In this document: positions 11,705 to 23,966 of the stretch, piece after piece | Numbering within the stretch: position 1 is the stretch's first letter | Layout: every line of letters starts with the position of its first letter | NCBI GenBank assembly: GCA_964199315.1 | Contig: OZ116699.1 | Span: 2,232,001 to 2,296,000, forward strand | Origin: Orbicella franksi | Taxonomy: Eukaryota | Reading direction: 5' to 3' | DNA: 64,000 bases | Notes under the pieces: generated by a model | Databases searched by the model: none | What the model saw: only the letters and a program-made list of their open reading frames with translations | What the model was told of the DNA's origin: nothing | Made by a program: the position numbers and the translations under genes

Positions 11705-13690
11705 CTCTCTAGACCCAGGGTCATCCAACATTTCGGCACAAGAACAATTGTTTATTTAGAACCGCAATACTGTGGAACTTTCTTTTGGTAGCAAAGGCTA
11801 GTCTGGCTTACTACTTTGGATGAGTATCTAGTATTTATAACTGTAGCAAATTGTTTCATTTATTGTGTTCATTATTTATAATATTTTGTTTTCGGAATAC
11901 ATTACGCGATTTTAGAGAAGGCAAGCTCTTGCACACGAAGTGGATTGAGACGTAAACATTTTTAAAGAGCAGTACACACGATGCGACTTTGAAAATTCAC
12001 GTCATTTTGTCCTGCTTCATGAAATACGAATTCAAACAAGCTAAGTTACAGCATTTTGTGGGGACAAAACTGTGTCCCAACAACAGAACTTTTTCGGAAA
12101 AACGGCCATGTCACAAGAGGGAAATTTTTGCTGCAACATGTCCTCGCACCATGTTACCTAGCGTGTGTACCGGCCATTCACTGTCTTGCTCACGAATGCA
12201 ACTCAATGTCCTATATAAGCTAGGGTTTGAGTCACTTGCTCCATCCGAAGTACTCATCACAGTAACCGTTAGACCAGCACCAGGTAGGGAGGGTGTCGAG
12301 AAAGAGAGCAGGGCGAGATCCCTCCCCCCAACCCTTCTACCTGCTCCTACTTACTCCTTCCCGTCCCGCCCTCAATTTACTGGAGTGGAGGGGTACATCG
12401 TAATTTTCGCTGGATTGCCAGCGATGAACTTTGCAATGAAAAGATAAGGTCCCAGATTGGTTTCTAATTAGTGTTCGGCAAACGCAACTCGTGCTTAAAC
12501 TTTTCTAATGCATTGGAACTTAGTCCAGAATTAACTCAGAACTTAATTTGCGTTTTTGAATTTTGTAAGTGGGCAACGTATGAACTTTATGTTTATATAC
12601 TGTATGTAAAGGTTTCTTAAGTATAGAGTAATGGAAATACATATTTTAAACGTAGTAATATATACTGTAGTCTTAACAAGAATACTGGAAGCAGTGCCAG
12701 TATCGTAAAGTACGTTAACTGTTTTTGTATTGTTTAACTAGTGCAAGGTGAATGTACTTTAAGCAATAAAGAAAAAACTTAGTCCAGTCGTTTTTTCCGT
12801 TCATTTCTACACTTAAAACAGCAAACCGCTTAGAGGTTCTGGATTGGGATGTTGGAATTTCAGTTATCAAAATAACTTTGCGCGAATTTTTAACTTCGGT
12901 TAGCGTTTCAGCCCAAGTCTCAGCTTTTAGCGATATTTTCAAATCTCGGACCTCAGCTGTTTCTCAGTTGTTTCCCAGCTGAAGGTTAAAGTTTTGATCA
13001 GCTCACAGCTATCAGCAAAACATCAATTCAGAACCGCTATACTCTAATCTCGACAATAATTTATCAGTTATCTACTCGCGAAGTGAGCCCCTCTTCATCG
13101 GAGAAATAAAGACCAAGTAATATATACGGATACCATTTTTCATGAGACCTGTCGAGCAACACTGTTGCACTGCCAAATTGGCTCTCGTTACCTTTTATCG
13201 ATTATTGTCATTTAAATGATTTCTTACTCGAGTGTTGGGAAGCCTTTGCCTCCCACAGCGGCCTTAGAGCGAACACGCGGCAAACAGTCGCCATGTTTGT
13301 TGTAGTTTTTACCGTTGTGCTGCGGGTTTCCAAAAGCTGCTACATAATGTAAGTTCTTTAGCCGGAAAGAAAAGACAATTCAGTGTTTGAAAATCAGTTA
13401 TCTTTGGTAATTGCTCGCGTAATCTTTCTTTTTAGCGAATCGCGTACAAAGTTCAGAAGTGTATGTGGATCAATCTTGATCTCGATTGTCGGAGTTTGTA
13501 AATAAATTCTGTTTTGAGACTACATTGGCAAGCGTCGTTGCCTGTAGCGGCCGGCAAGACAAGCTGTAGGACATATTGAGAGAGGAAGAAATGATTTTAC
13601 ACATGCGCAGTACAATCTACGTCGCAAAGTCTATTATATAACAAAGGCTGACCGGCGGATCTTCGCGCGTTAACCAAGCATTCCTGTTTA

Positions 13691-14102
13691 GGACCTGTTT
13701 ACAAGGAGAGAGGGTTACCCTAGCGAGCGGGTTACCCTAGCACTCAAACATTTCCTCTTTTTTTCTGCGTCGTGTTTACAAGGCAGCCAGAGTTACCCGG
13801 GTAGGCGGGTTACCCTGTCTGCGTGCTAGGGTTACCCTGGCAGGCGTGTTAACTTTCTCCCTTGTAAACACTCCAGTCCACTCCACTCCACTCCACTCCA
13901 CTCCAGTCAACATGCCCGCCCAGGTTAACTAACTAATTGTTTCCAGACCCTTTGAGTGTAACCGGGTATTTAATTGTCCCGGGTTGTCGGGTTACCCTAC
14001 CAGTGAAATTTTGCTTGCAATTGTATACCCGGGCTATCTTCTGCCCTCCAGCTATTGTTAACCCACTTGCTAGGGTAGACCTCTCTCCTTGTAAACAGGC
14101 CC
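13691..14102. mobile_element. PIF/Harbinger-type MITE (412 bp) with TTA TSD and an internal (CTCCA)n tract
   Basis: GGACCTGTTTACAAGGAGAGAGG... pairs with ...CCTCTCTCCTTGTAAACAGGCCC (imperfect TIR of ~45 bp); TTA at 13688-13690 and 14103-14105. Confidence 0.85.
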
Positions 14103-14814
14103 TTAGTATTTCTTCAGACGCTATCAGTTCCTGTGGCTGTCATGTACACAGCAAGGTTTGCCGTGAGCAACAAAGTACTTCAAAAACAGAACCGCTATAA
14201 TTATCACTGATATTTGTAGTCAGTAATATTCAGATGTTTCACGGTCATCTGCCCTCAATTTGCAACAGCGAACGAGCAATCAAAGTGGCATTTTCATTTG
14301 AGTGTCAAAATTCGGAATTTCTTTTGCGACACACATGCAATGTTACACTCCATATTAAATGGCATAACTTCTTAAAACTGTCTTACGAAAAAATGATATT
14401 AGAAGAAAAGGCGTGGAAATATATTTGACAGATTGTGGAGCCATTTTGGATGGAGAGATTCGGCGCCAACACGGCGAAAATAATTCCAAATGAAATCGTG
14501 TGCAATTTGACTGCTAAAGCTTAAATATAAGGCAATTGAGACGAACATAAAACGTAATTAAAAAATCGTTTTCTTTCTTTTTCTCTAGTTAGTTTGCTTT
14601 GTTTTCATAACGTAGTTTTAATTCTTCTTTTTCAGCGATCTCACGTAGTTTCTGTTTGCTATTGGGACAACAAATACAAGATAAGTTATGATTTTTAACT
14701 TTGTTGTGATCGGTTATCATCGGTTAATTGAATGAACGTTCAAGCGGGGTGAGGCTGCAATCGAATTGGCCACTGTAACATAACTGCAATGTCATCCTGT
14801 ATACTTTGGCCTAT

Positions 14815-15262
14815 CCCGGGAGGGGAGTACTCCCAGAAAATTGGGTGGGGGTGTGCGGCCCGCTTCCTAAAATCCTACCCTATTTATGACCAAAATCTGC
14901 GATTTATGACCTGACAAAAAAAAAAATTGGATTCCCGGCTGGCGAAGTTGCCCTAAACATAGTTTATGAAGAGCTCTCGTTGATCGTTCTTATCGATAAA
15001 GGTGAAAAAGGAGCTTCTTCTAATAAAAAAAAAAAACATACCCAATTCAAGACTAGAGTGCTAAAACCATATAATTTGGTTTTAACAACTGGGTTGATAA
15101 TGTGAATTGGCCATCGTAAAGAGATTCGAAAACCATGCCCTATTTATGACCAAAACGGCCCAAATCTATGCCCTGTTTATGACCAAGACGGCTGAAAAAC
15201 CATACCCTTTGGGGTCGCACATGCCTATATAGCCCATATAAGGGAGTACCCCCCACCCCCCG
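14815..15262. mobile_element. MITE-like repeat with G-rich/C-rich ends (CCCGGG..GTACTCCC / GGGAGTAC..CCCG) and internal CCCTATTTATGACC repeats
   Basis: Inverted termini and repeated subterminal motif seen; paralogous copy at ~30893-31333. Confidence 0.7.
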
Positions 15263-16697
15263 TGGCAAATTTAGTGATGATCACTACAACCTTTTTTCCT
15301 ACATAACTATAAAGTAGTTCTGTTCTTTTCTATTGACGTTAAGATTTCTATGCTTGCTCATCTGTTACCTCAAGATCTTTGCTATCACCGTGACCTTTGT
15401 GCAGGGTTTTTTCTCAGTTATGTCGCCCTGGTTTGTCCGTCTCAAACTGAAGTTTAAATATAAACAGCCTGCAACAGTCAGAAGTAAACTGTATGTTATC
15501 AGTGTATACTCTTCGACGTTTAGCAAATATATTCATCGAACCACCATTAATTGGGTGTATAGCTGTTAAAACAACTGCGGAAAAGTTTGCATAACTTCTG
15601 CGGAAAATTAAAGGCCGATTTAAAGTGCGCGAAACACTATTTAGGCTCATGGGAACATTGCTTTATTTTTTCCTCTTTTTTTCAAAATTTTCAAAATTAA
15701 GTGAAGACGTAATTTATAAATTCAAGAACAACAGAGAAGATGATCCCATGTTTTCTTGATGACAAAGATAACGTAACTGTATGATTTGGTAAGGGCATTG
15801 GTTAAGCCTGCAAATAATCAATTTGTAGAAAACATTAAAACTCTCTTAGTGATCGAACAGGAAATACCGGAAATACATTTGTAACGTAGGTGTGCAAGAT
15901 ATCAGTTGCTCAATCATTTTACGAAAAATATCAAAACTGTCCTGGCAATCGATCATAAAATACCGGAAACGCCATCATAACTGCATGAGCCTGTCGAGAT
16001 CTGCAAATAATCAGTTACTAAGGTCGTGAAAACGATCTGAGTTCTTTATTTAGCTTTCCTCAGCTTTTTGAGTGAAATTTTGAGTGAGGCGATTTTTCAA
16101 AAGTTCACTAGCTTTGTTTTGACGATTAATTCTGTCAGCTGGTTAAATGAATAATAGCATGTATCACAAAAGAGGATAAAAAGTTCTAAATTATAATTAC
16201 TATTTTCATAAAATGAAAACATTGCACAAATGATTGGCAAACCGCCGTTTCAGCTTTGAACGGCTTTCAAACGGAAAAAAAACACTTTGAGATACATATG
16301 TTGAGCAGATTTCCTAATTTCTTTTTTTTTTTCTTTTAATTATTATTATTATTTATTTAAAAGAGCGACATTGAGATTAGCAGAAAAGGAAGCCAATAGC
16401 TCTATCCTTAACCCTTAATAACCGGTTCCAAAGTTTAAACAAAGCATTTTAATTTTGGGCAATCCTGGGGCTATTGAGTGTACGTGTTAAGCCGTCAACA
16501 ACAGCCAGGCTTATTTTCCTTTGAAACGAGTGTATAATCTAAAATAAATTGGCTTTCAAACCTCCCTTTTAAATACAAAAAAATTCAAAGCATTTGAAAC
16601 AAAATAGCAAAGATAAAATGACATAACACATGGTTGATTTTAACCGTCTAAATCTGCGACGCATTCATGACAACAATTGTAGCACGATAAGGAAGTA

Positions 16698-16826
16698 GAA
16701 CTTTCTTTTGGTAGCAAAGGCCAGTCTACGTTACTATTTTGGATGGGTATCTATTATTTATAACTGTAGCAAACTGTTTCATTTATTTTGTGCATTATTT
16801 ATGATATTAGTTCAAAATACATTACG
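16698..16826 (+). pseudogene. Orphan fragment of a FReD 3' UTR (remnant of a lost paralogue)
   Basis: GAACTTTCTTTTGGTAGCAAAGG...AATACATTACG aligns to 11775-~11906 downstream of the copy 1 stop codon, with no coding exon upstream. Confidence 0.75.
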
Positions 16827-17184
16827 TTGTGGTAAGGAAGGCTGCGTGCCCGGAGTCAGAGGCCTGGGTTTGTATTCCATAAGTCTCGGAGTCTGTCTGC
16901 CGGTCTGATCAGTGACTACATTGGCGCTACAAGATTTCTAATACGATGCTCCTTATTTCATCTTTTTCATCGCTGATACTGACCTGTAAACATGCCGAGG
17001 GAAGTTTTCTTTCTGCGCTCACTCTTTCTCATTTGCGTGTCTTCCTTTGCACTTGTCGCCAGTCCCTTTTCCATTCACATCAGCTACATCCTAGGTGGTT
17101 TGATGAGTGTGGTATGTTGCGTGCTGGAATCCTACGGTAAGGGAGTGGCTGAGACAAACCTGGTTTTGTAGCATGAAACGAATA

Positions 17185-17480
17185 GTATTACTGCTACTCC
17201 CCCCTGGATCTGATGATAGTCCACGCATGCAGTGTTATCCCCAGCATCAGGAGCCAATGGGTTATGAGTTCCTGCCAGCATTTAATTCCCTGGTAGTTAT
17301 TTCTATATAGGGGTAGACTGAGGCATTGTAAGAACCTAGGTTTGCACTCACTAGGACCATGTTGCGGGCACGTGAAGTGGGGAGAAACCCTTTCGTGTAA
17401 ACGCATAGGAAGCATGCTATTGTTGCAGGGACGGTATACGCACACGAAGCAGAGGCATAAAATTTTGGAAGAGTAGTGCA
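17185..17480. repeat. SINE-containing segment paralogous to the FReD copy 2 downstream flank (~22490-22760)
   Basis: Shared blocks CCTGCCAGCATTTAATTCCCTGGTAG, GGTAGACTGAGGCA and GGAGAAACCCTTTCGTGTA extend past the SINE portion. Confidence 0.7.
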
Positions 17481-17969
17481 CACGATATGACGTTGGAAGT
17501 TTAGGTCATTTAGTCACTGCCTCATCACGGACGAATTTAAATTAAACCAGCTAAATTTTATGCAAAATTTTGCGGCCGTAGAAATACTTTTGTTTTGGCA
17601 TAAAAGTGCACATTAGTGCAACATGCCTTTGCGCGCAACATGTCACCTGGAGTGTGTGCAGGCCATTAACTGTCTTTTAGATCTTAGTACTATAGATTGT
17701 ACATATCTTTATTCCCCAGGGCCCCTATGGATACCAGCCTCGTTGCTACCCTGGTTAAATAAAGTGACTTACTTTGCAGTGAAAAGATAAAAAGAATGTT
17801 TAAGGTCATTCCCCAGTATTGCATTGCGCATCCCTACTGCGCATTATTTCACGCGTGATTAGCGCGCGCGCATTAAAAAATGGCGGCTTTTTTACGGCTG
17901 GACCTTGCCATACAGGTAAATCGTCATTTTCGAGCAAACGAGTATGGTGACCTATCACCATATTACTAA

Positions 17970-17994
17970 AACGCACAGAGATGAAAGTTAAAAA
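17970..17994 (+). pseudogene. 25-nt remnant of the FReD last-exon end (KRTEMKVK)
   Basis: AAACGCACAGAGATGAAAGTTAAAA is identical to the sequence just before the stop codons of copies 1 and 3. Confidence 0.7.
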
Positions 17995-18423
17995 TGGAGT
18001 CCAAATCTTTGGATTTAGTCAAGAGTAAATCAACTCTGACTTGACAAGAGACCAATTATTTAACGCTGACATCCGAAAAGTGCTTAAGTTGATCCATCCA
18101 ATATTTTAGATCAACAGTAAACGTAAGGCTGGCCTTTACCGCTTAGTGACACTTCGTATATAGTATTTCGAACAATTTTCCTTTGGAAATACGTCCATCC
18201 AGTGCAGTTTTATTATTTAAGAAAAAACTCAAGACCTTCCGTTTTACTAAATTTATTAAGAGTAACTCTTTATCATATTTTTAGGTATTTTCCTAGTTCT
18301 TTTTTCTTTTTCTTTTTTTTTTAATTTTCAAAGTTTCTTAGAGTAAAATTGTAGTTTTGATGGATAGTTTTGTAAAGCGTCTCGGGCAAATAATGGATGT
18401 GTAGGCTATATAAATGAACTATT

Positions 18424-18442
18424 ATTATAATTATCATCATCA

Positions 18443-18473
<31 letters not shown>
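18424..18473. repeat. (CAT)/(ATT)n trinucleotide microsatellite
   Basis: Read directly. Confidence 0.9.
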
Positions 18474-18476
<3 letters not shown>

Positions 18477-18902
18477 CAAGTGCAAAGAAATTCCGTTTTA
18501 AATTTTCTGTATTAAAAATAACATCATTTAGAAAAGTCTCTTATCAAGAGGATTAATGATGCTTATTTCTATGGAAACTGACTGTTATGGGAACTGGACC
18601 AGGCCAAGCTTTTAATGTTTTCATATGAAGATCTAGATCTGGATACGACGATGTTTTTAATTTGTGATTTTAATTCGTCTGAGTAACTTTCAATTCCCCA
18701 CTGATTGCCATGCAAAGCGTTTGAAAGTTAACACCTTCGAAAATATACAAATTAAAAAACTGTCATAACAAAATTCAGATCACCTTATGACAACTCTAAG
18801 TTAATAACTATAATCAATAATTAATGCTAGTCACAGAGTTATGTCCAGCTCTAGTCACCAAATGCATAAGATCCCTATCAAAGCAAAATCTAAGAGCAGG
18901 AC

Positions 18903-21900
18903 ATGTATCTACAGTGGCTTCTAGCCTATGTAATCATTACTTCTACAAACGGATTAACAAAAATGATAACGCCAAACTTCAAAGCTGTTAACTTTGCTAA
19001 AGAAATAAGAGAACGAAGACTCAATGGAAGCGTTATTAGAGAAATAGAGGTAGAGTCGGAGGGTTCTTGTCGACTGCAATGTATGGAAGAGACTGGCTAT
19101 CTGTCGTATAACTTTGGATTCAAAGAAAAAAATAGGAACAAATTCAAGTGTCAACTGAGCAACTCTGATCGATTTGTTTGCTTGAAGAATTTCACAAAGG
19201 ATCATGAATTTCTCTACAGAGGAATAAAGGTAATTTTTTTTTAAAGGTATAAAACTGCACTGAAACATCGGAGAATTGAACGTGTTTGTGTTCTAACATA
19301 TTTTCAGTCCCAAGGAAAACTATGAAAGAAATGTTACTCCGTATGTGTATTTAAACACTATGTATACAGCATGTATATTTTTCAAGCTTTCAAAGCTCAA
19401 ACTTTCTCTTTTTAATCTATTATCAAAAAACATTTGTCCAATTATTAATATTTCATAATGACATATCTTTCGATTTAAAAATCTCTTTGTTTCCAGCCTC
19501 CACAATGATATTGTATAGTGAGCTGTTTTTGTCAATCCGGAAATACATAATAGTGTTTTCGTTTCGCGTCATCAAAATTTTATAATCTGAAGCGCCCTTA
19601 ATTTGATTGCTGATTGGCTCGGCATTGTTAATCTTCGCTCAAAACTTTTCCTGCAAACGTTTATTCCTGCTTTTACTTTCATTCATTTAATACTTTGATC
19701 AGATGATACTCAGTTTGTGACACAGATGACAAGCCATTTACGGAACACGCAAACAGCTGTTAATTACAGGGGCTATGTAAAATCGTTATAATTCTGCCGA
19801 TGAGCTTCGAGGAAAATATAATTGAAAGCTGTTTTGTTTATTATAGTTCAAATATTTTTCGCAACACGTGGGATCTGTTGAAAATGTGGAAATATCACTC
19901 GGATATTCCTCGATTTTAGGGGAGCTCCAGCCTGCGCGCCGAAAGTGCTTGAGCGGAGCACCATTTGGTAACCCATCGAACTAAAAAGGTTTGGTTTTCA
20001 CGTGATTGTCCGTAAGCCCCTTCAGGTTAGTCAATGTGAAATGTCACACTTTGCAACAGCCTCGTTCCTAGGGCTTTTGCCATAGAGTTTGGTAGGGCCG
20101 GGTTTACAGATAATTGATGGATTATCAATTGTGGTAGTCTGTAGTTTCGCTTGAATAAATTCCAGCGTATTCTTGCTGGTGACAAAAAATGTGGAAAATC
20201 CTTAGGACGGAGCTCTTTTTAACTGGGTTACCTTTTCTGAAAACAGAGCGGTTGTGAGACAGGCGGTTCTCCTTGTGATGACAATGAAGTCTGCATCCCT
20301 AACTATGAAGAAAACAGAGCAAACTGCTTATGCAGAGAGGGCTACATCGGAAAACCATGCGGTAAGCTAAGTGTCTTTATATAATTGACTCGATTAATTG
20401 ATTACTTGATTAGCTATTTATAAACAGAAAACAACACAAAAGTAGAACGTTTCAAGCTGTTATAAAACCTGATGATTTCTGTTCAAAGTTACAACATTTT
20501 ACTTGACTGACATGTACCTTTGGCTGTTGGGGTCCGGTGAATTCTTGGGGAACAGACTACTCCTCCACCCAGGTGTGTAAATGGATACCAGCAAATTAAA
20601 TACTGGGGAGTTACCCTGCGGGGGGAGTGGAAACACTCCTAGTCACTTCGAGCTAGGCTCCAGCTGTATGGACCATTTGGCCTGAAGAAAGCTTTAATAC
20701 TTATACTTTTGTTTATCATTCTTGAAAAGAGAAGCTGCTGAAATTTGCCTTTAAATCCTTAAGATCCGCAAAATTACAACAGAAGAATTGTAGCGGCAAA
20801 ACTGGCAGCACTTACTAAGCCAACATGCCATATTTCATTAATTATTTCTGTTATCTATCAAAGCCGATTGTTAAAAGTTGCTCCCAACTCCTTCAAGATG
20901 GTTTCACATCCAGTGGCGTGTACACAATCAATCCAGATGGCGGCAAACCAATACAAGTGTTGTGTGACATGACCACGGACGGTGGACGTTGGACAGTTTT
21001 TCAGAGACGTTTAGACGGCTCTGTTGACTTCTATCTTGGTTGGGAATCCTACAAAAACGGGTTTGGAGATCTGAACGGAGAGTTCTGGCTTGGAAACGAC
21101 AATCTCCACCGTTTGACAGCCACTGATGACGTCATACTGAGAGTTGACCTGGAGGACTTTGACGGCAACAAAACATACGCTGAGTACACGACTTTTAAGG
21201 TGGCAAACGAGGCAGACAAGTACCGACTTTTGATTGGAGGATACAGTGGCACGGCGGGTGAATCTATGACATACCACAGGTAACAGAAATAATAATTGAG
21301 CAGTTAATGCATCGTTTTTTAAAAACAGTCATATTAGTATTCTGCTAGTTATTCGAAGACACTAGTTTAACATCTGTTTACATTATACATTATAATATAC
21401 ACGGCTAGTAAGTAAGTGCATGTAAGTGATTTGATGACCGTGATAAAAAAGGCGAAGGGTTAATTTGGCAACAGTTATTTATTAACATTTGGGTGAATTT
21501 TTTTCCTTTTTTTTAATTCTGTGTGAGAATAGAATTGGTGATATGATGACGTAATAGAAATAGGTTTAAAAAAGAAATGTTTATCTATTATAATGTGCAC
21601 AACTGGTAAATAAGTAAGTAACTCTGTGACATAAGGAGAGACACCGTCGGCACACGACTCGCTAATGAGAGCAACCAAGTCAGAAAGACAATAGGTGACT
21701 CACTTGACGACTCTGGCTGCTAACATTGAGCTTAGTTTTATCGTTGGATTAAGGGTTTGCTAAGGGTTTAACATTTGATTCCTTAAGGTGCGTGTTGGCA
21801 CACACTCTGGGAAGATGAAAAGGGGGGGGACGATAAGAAGGGACAAGCTCCTTCGTATGGACACATAGGACGCAAGTTACAGGGACAGTACGCAAGCTGC

Positions 21901-22286
21901 TGCAGACGAAGTGGACATTGGTTCATTTCTAATTTGTAGCGTGAACAGTTTGCAAGAGCACTGCATTGCAGTGCGCACGATGCAACGCTTAAAACTGAGG
22001 TCCCTGCTTCATGACGCAGGACTTCAAAGCAAGTTTTTAATCGTTACTTTCTTTTAGTGGTATGCAGTTTTCTACGAAAGATAAAGACAATGACCAAGCT
22101 AATGACAGCTGCGCACAAAATTTTAAAGGAGCCTGGTGGTACAGTGGTTGTCATAGCTCCAATCTTAACGGTTTATATCTGAAAGGACCACATTCTTCTC
22201 ATGCCGATGGCGTCAATTGGCGTGCGTTTAGAGGTATCAACTATTCTCTAAAAAACACTGCGATGAAGGTTAAAACCAAATCATGA
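18903..22286 (+). CDS. PAN/Apple-EGF-FReD protein, copy 2 (divergent, possibly pseudogenising); exons 18903-19229, 20247-20361, 20862(?)-21279, 22058-22286
   Basis: Same domain order, intron phases and 115-nt EGF exon as copies 1 and 3. The homologous exon 3 acceptor reads CAA (20859-20861) rather than CAG, so the exon 3 start is uncertain. Confidence 0.75.
20530..20697 (+). mobile_element. Degenerate SINE fragment in FReD copy 2 intron 2
   Basis: CTCCACCCAGGTGTGTAAATGGATACCAGCAAATTAAATACTGGGG matches the core of the repeat at ~53297-53525. Confidence 0.55.
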
Positions 22287-23755
22287 ATCTCTGGACCTAC
22301 GGTCATCCAACATTCCAACAAGATCGAGAACAATTATCCCAATAGCAGCAGTTGTTTCAAATTTTATCTTTTCAAAATGACTGCAAAGGATAATCGACAA
22401 ACCGGAAAAACGCCATGAAGTTCTGAGTTCTAGACTAAGTTCAGGTGTTTTTTAGTTAAATTAGTTTAGCTGGTGTGAACGGGCCATAGCATTACTGCTA
22501 TCCCCCTTCCCACCCCACCCCACCCCTTGATGGGATAATAGTCCATTGAAGTGTTATCCCCAGAATCAGGAACCAGTGGGTCACGAGCTCCTGCCAGCAT
22601 TTAATTCCCTGGTAGCTATTTCTTAATATGGGTAGACTGAGGCACTGTAAGAACTGAAATTTTCACACACCAGGCTCATGTTGTGGTGACGTGAAGCGCG
22701 GAGAAACCCTTTCGTGTATACGCATCGGACGCGTGTTATTTTTGAGGAGACAGTACATAAGCAGGTGCACACAAAGTGCATAGTCATGAAAAACAATTAA
22801 AGGAAGCTTGTGGATACCTGCTGCTTATCGTTAAGGAGGAAAACAACATTTTGTTTCATTCTTGCACGCATGGTATAAAGAAATAATATTGCAACGATGA
22901 TTAACTACGGTTTTCGTGATGATTTATAATTGTTAAGTTTTGTTAGCTTTCGATTAAAAATGATCCAAATCCTTATTTCCTTTCGTACCAGAAAGATACT
23001 GCTCCTATTTAACAGTATTTGACGCCGCTGGCGTCTTATTTTCAACGCTCTTCTCGGTGTTTGGCATGGAGACCTGCTCAAACACGGTCTTTTGTGTCTG
23101 ATATATCACTTAAAAAAGCAAAATTGCAGTGATCCAAGGAAAGAGTATTGTTTACCACTAAGGTAAAATACCTCAGCTGGACCGAAACTGTGATAATAAT
23201 AATGATGATAATAATAATATAGCTGTCGACAGTATATCATAGATCAAACTCATATCGATGTTTAAAAAGATGAGCGTTGTCTAAAAGTATACACCTAGGG
23301 ACAAAACGATCTACTAAATATAAAGCTAATAGAAATTCATATTGATAATTTACAGTTGGCCAGTTTCAAAGGATAACAAACTGAAAGTATTACACCCTTA
23401 TTAAATGTGACTACCACCTTTAATTCTTCACAAGCATAAAAAAACAAGTCCGTTATTGTTCCATTTAACTTCATTCTTTTGAAAGTTTCAAAATTTGGCT
23501 TTTTTAAGTTTTAATCCTGGTATTAAAGGCGTGAAAACTTATAACTTTTCTTTTGAAGAGAAGAAATAAGAATATTTTATAAAGATGCCGTCATTAATAG
23601 AAGCAGCACATAACTCCCTCGAAATAAGACACCGCTACCTTTTTGTGGTAAGCTGGTTATAGTTGCAGTGCATTGTTGATATTAGATAAATTCCGTGCTC
23701 TAACTAGGCTCACTCTGGGAATACGACTTTTCACAACAATAACAAGTTCGATGTC

Positions 23756-23966
23756 GGTCCAAACATTTGTAGTTCTTCTGGTTATGTGCGCGTCTCTAGT
23801 ATAAAGACGGGCACAAGACGTATTATGCGTCTAGACGAACTATCTCTCGTATTGCGTCGCTCAAGACGCATTTCGAAGGATAGCTCGTCTAAACCCATAA
23901 TACGTCTTGTTTTGTGCCTGTCTTAAACTAAAGACGCATAACCAGACGAACTTCAAATGTTTGTCC
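23756..23966. repeat. Long imperfect inverted repeat (foldback/MITE-like), ~90-bp arms
   Basis: AAACATTTG..TCTGGTTATG..AAGACGTATTATG..TAGACGAACTATC pairs with GATAGCTCGTCTA..CATAATACGTCTT..CATAACCAGA..CAAATGTTT. Confidence 0.8.

Larger units (their letters stand above)
8590..16696 (+). repeat. Segmental duplication copy A (FReD gene plus ~5 kb of 3' flank), paralogous to ~24270-32767
   Basis: Colinear matches at offset ~15.65-16.07 kb (e.g. 11989 to 27653); similarity ends at GATAAGGAAGT (16696/32767). The 5' limit is approximate because the promoters are more diverged. Confidence 0.9.

Noticed and set aside
11989-12447. 152-aa ORF conserved at 27653-28108, and ORF 12715-12942 conserved at 28376-28603
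   Set aside because: Non-ATG starts and no recognisable domain; conservation is explained by the recent duplication of repeat-derived flank.
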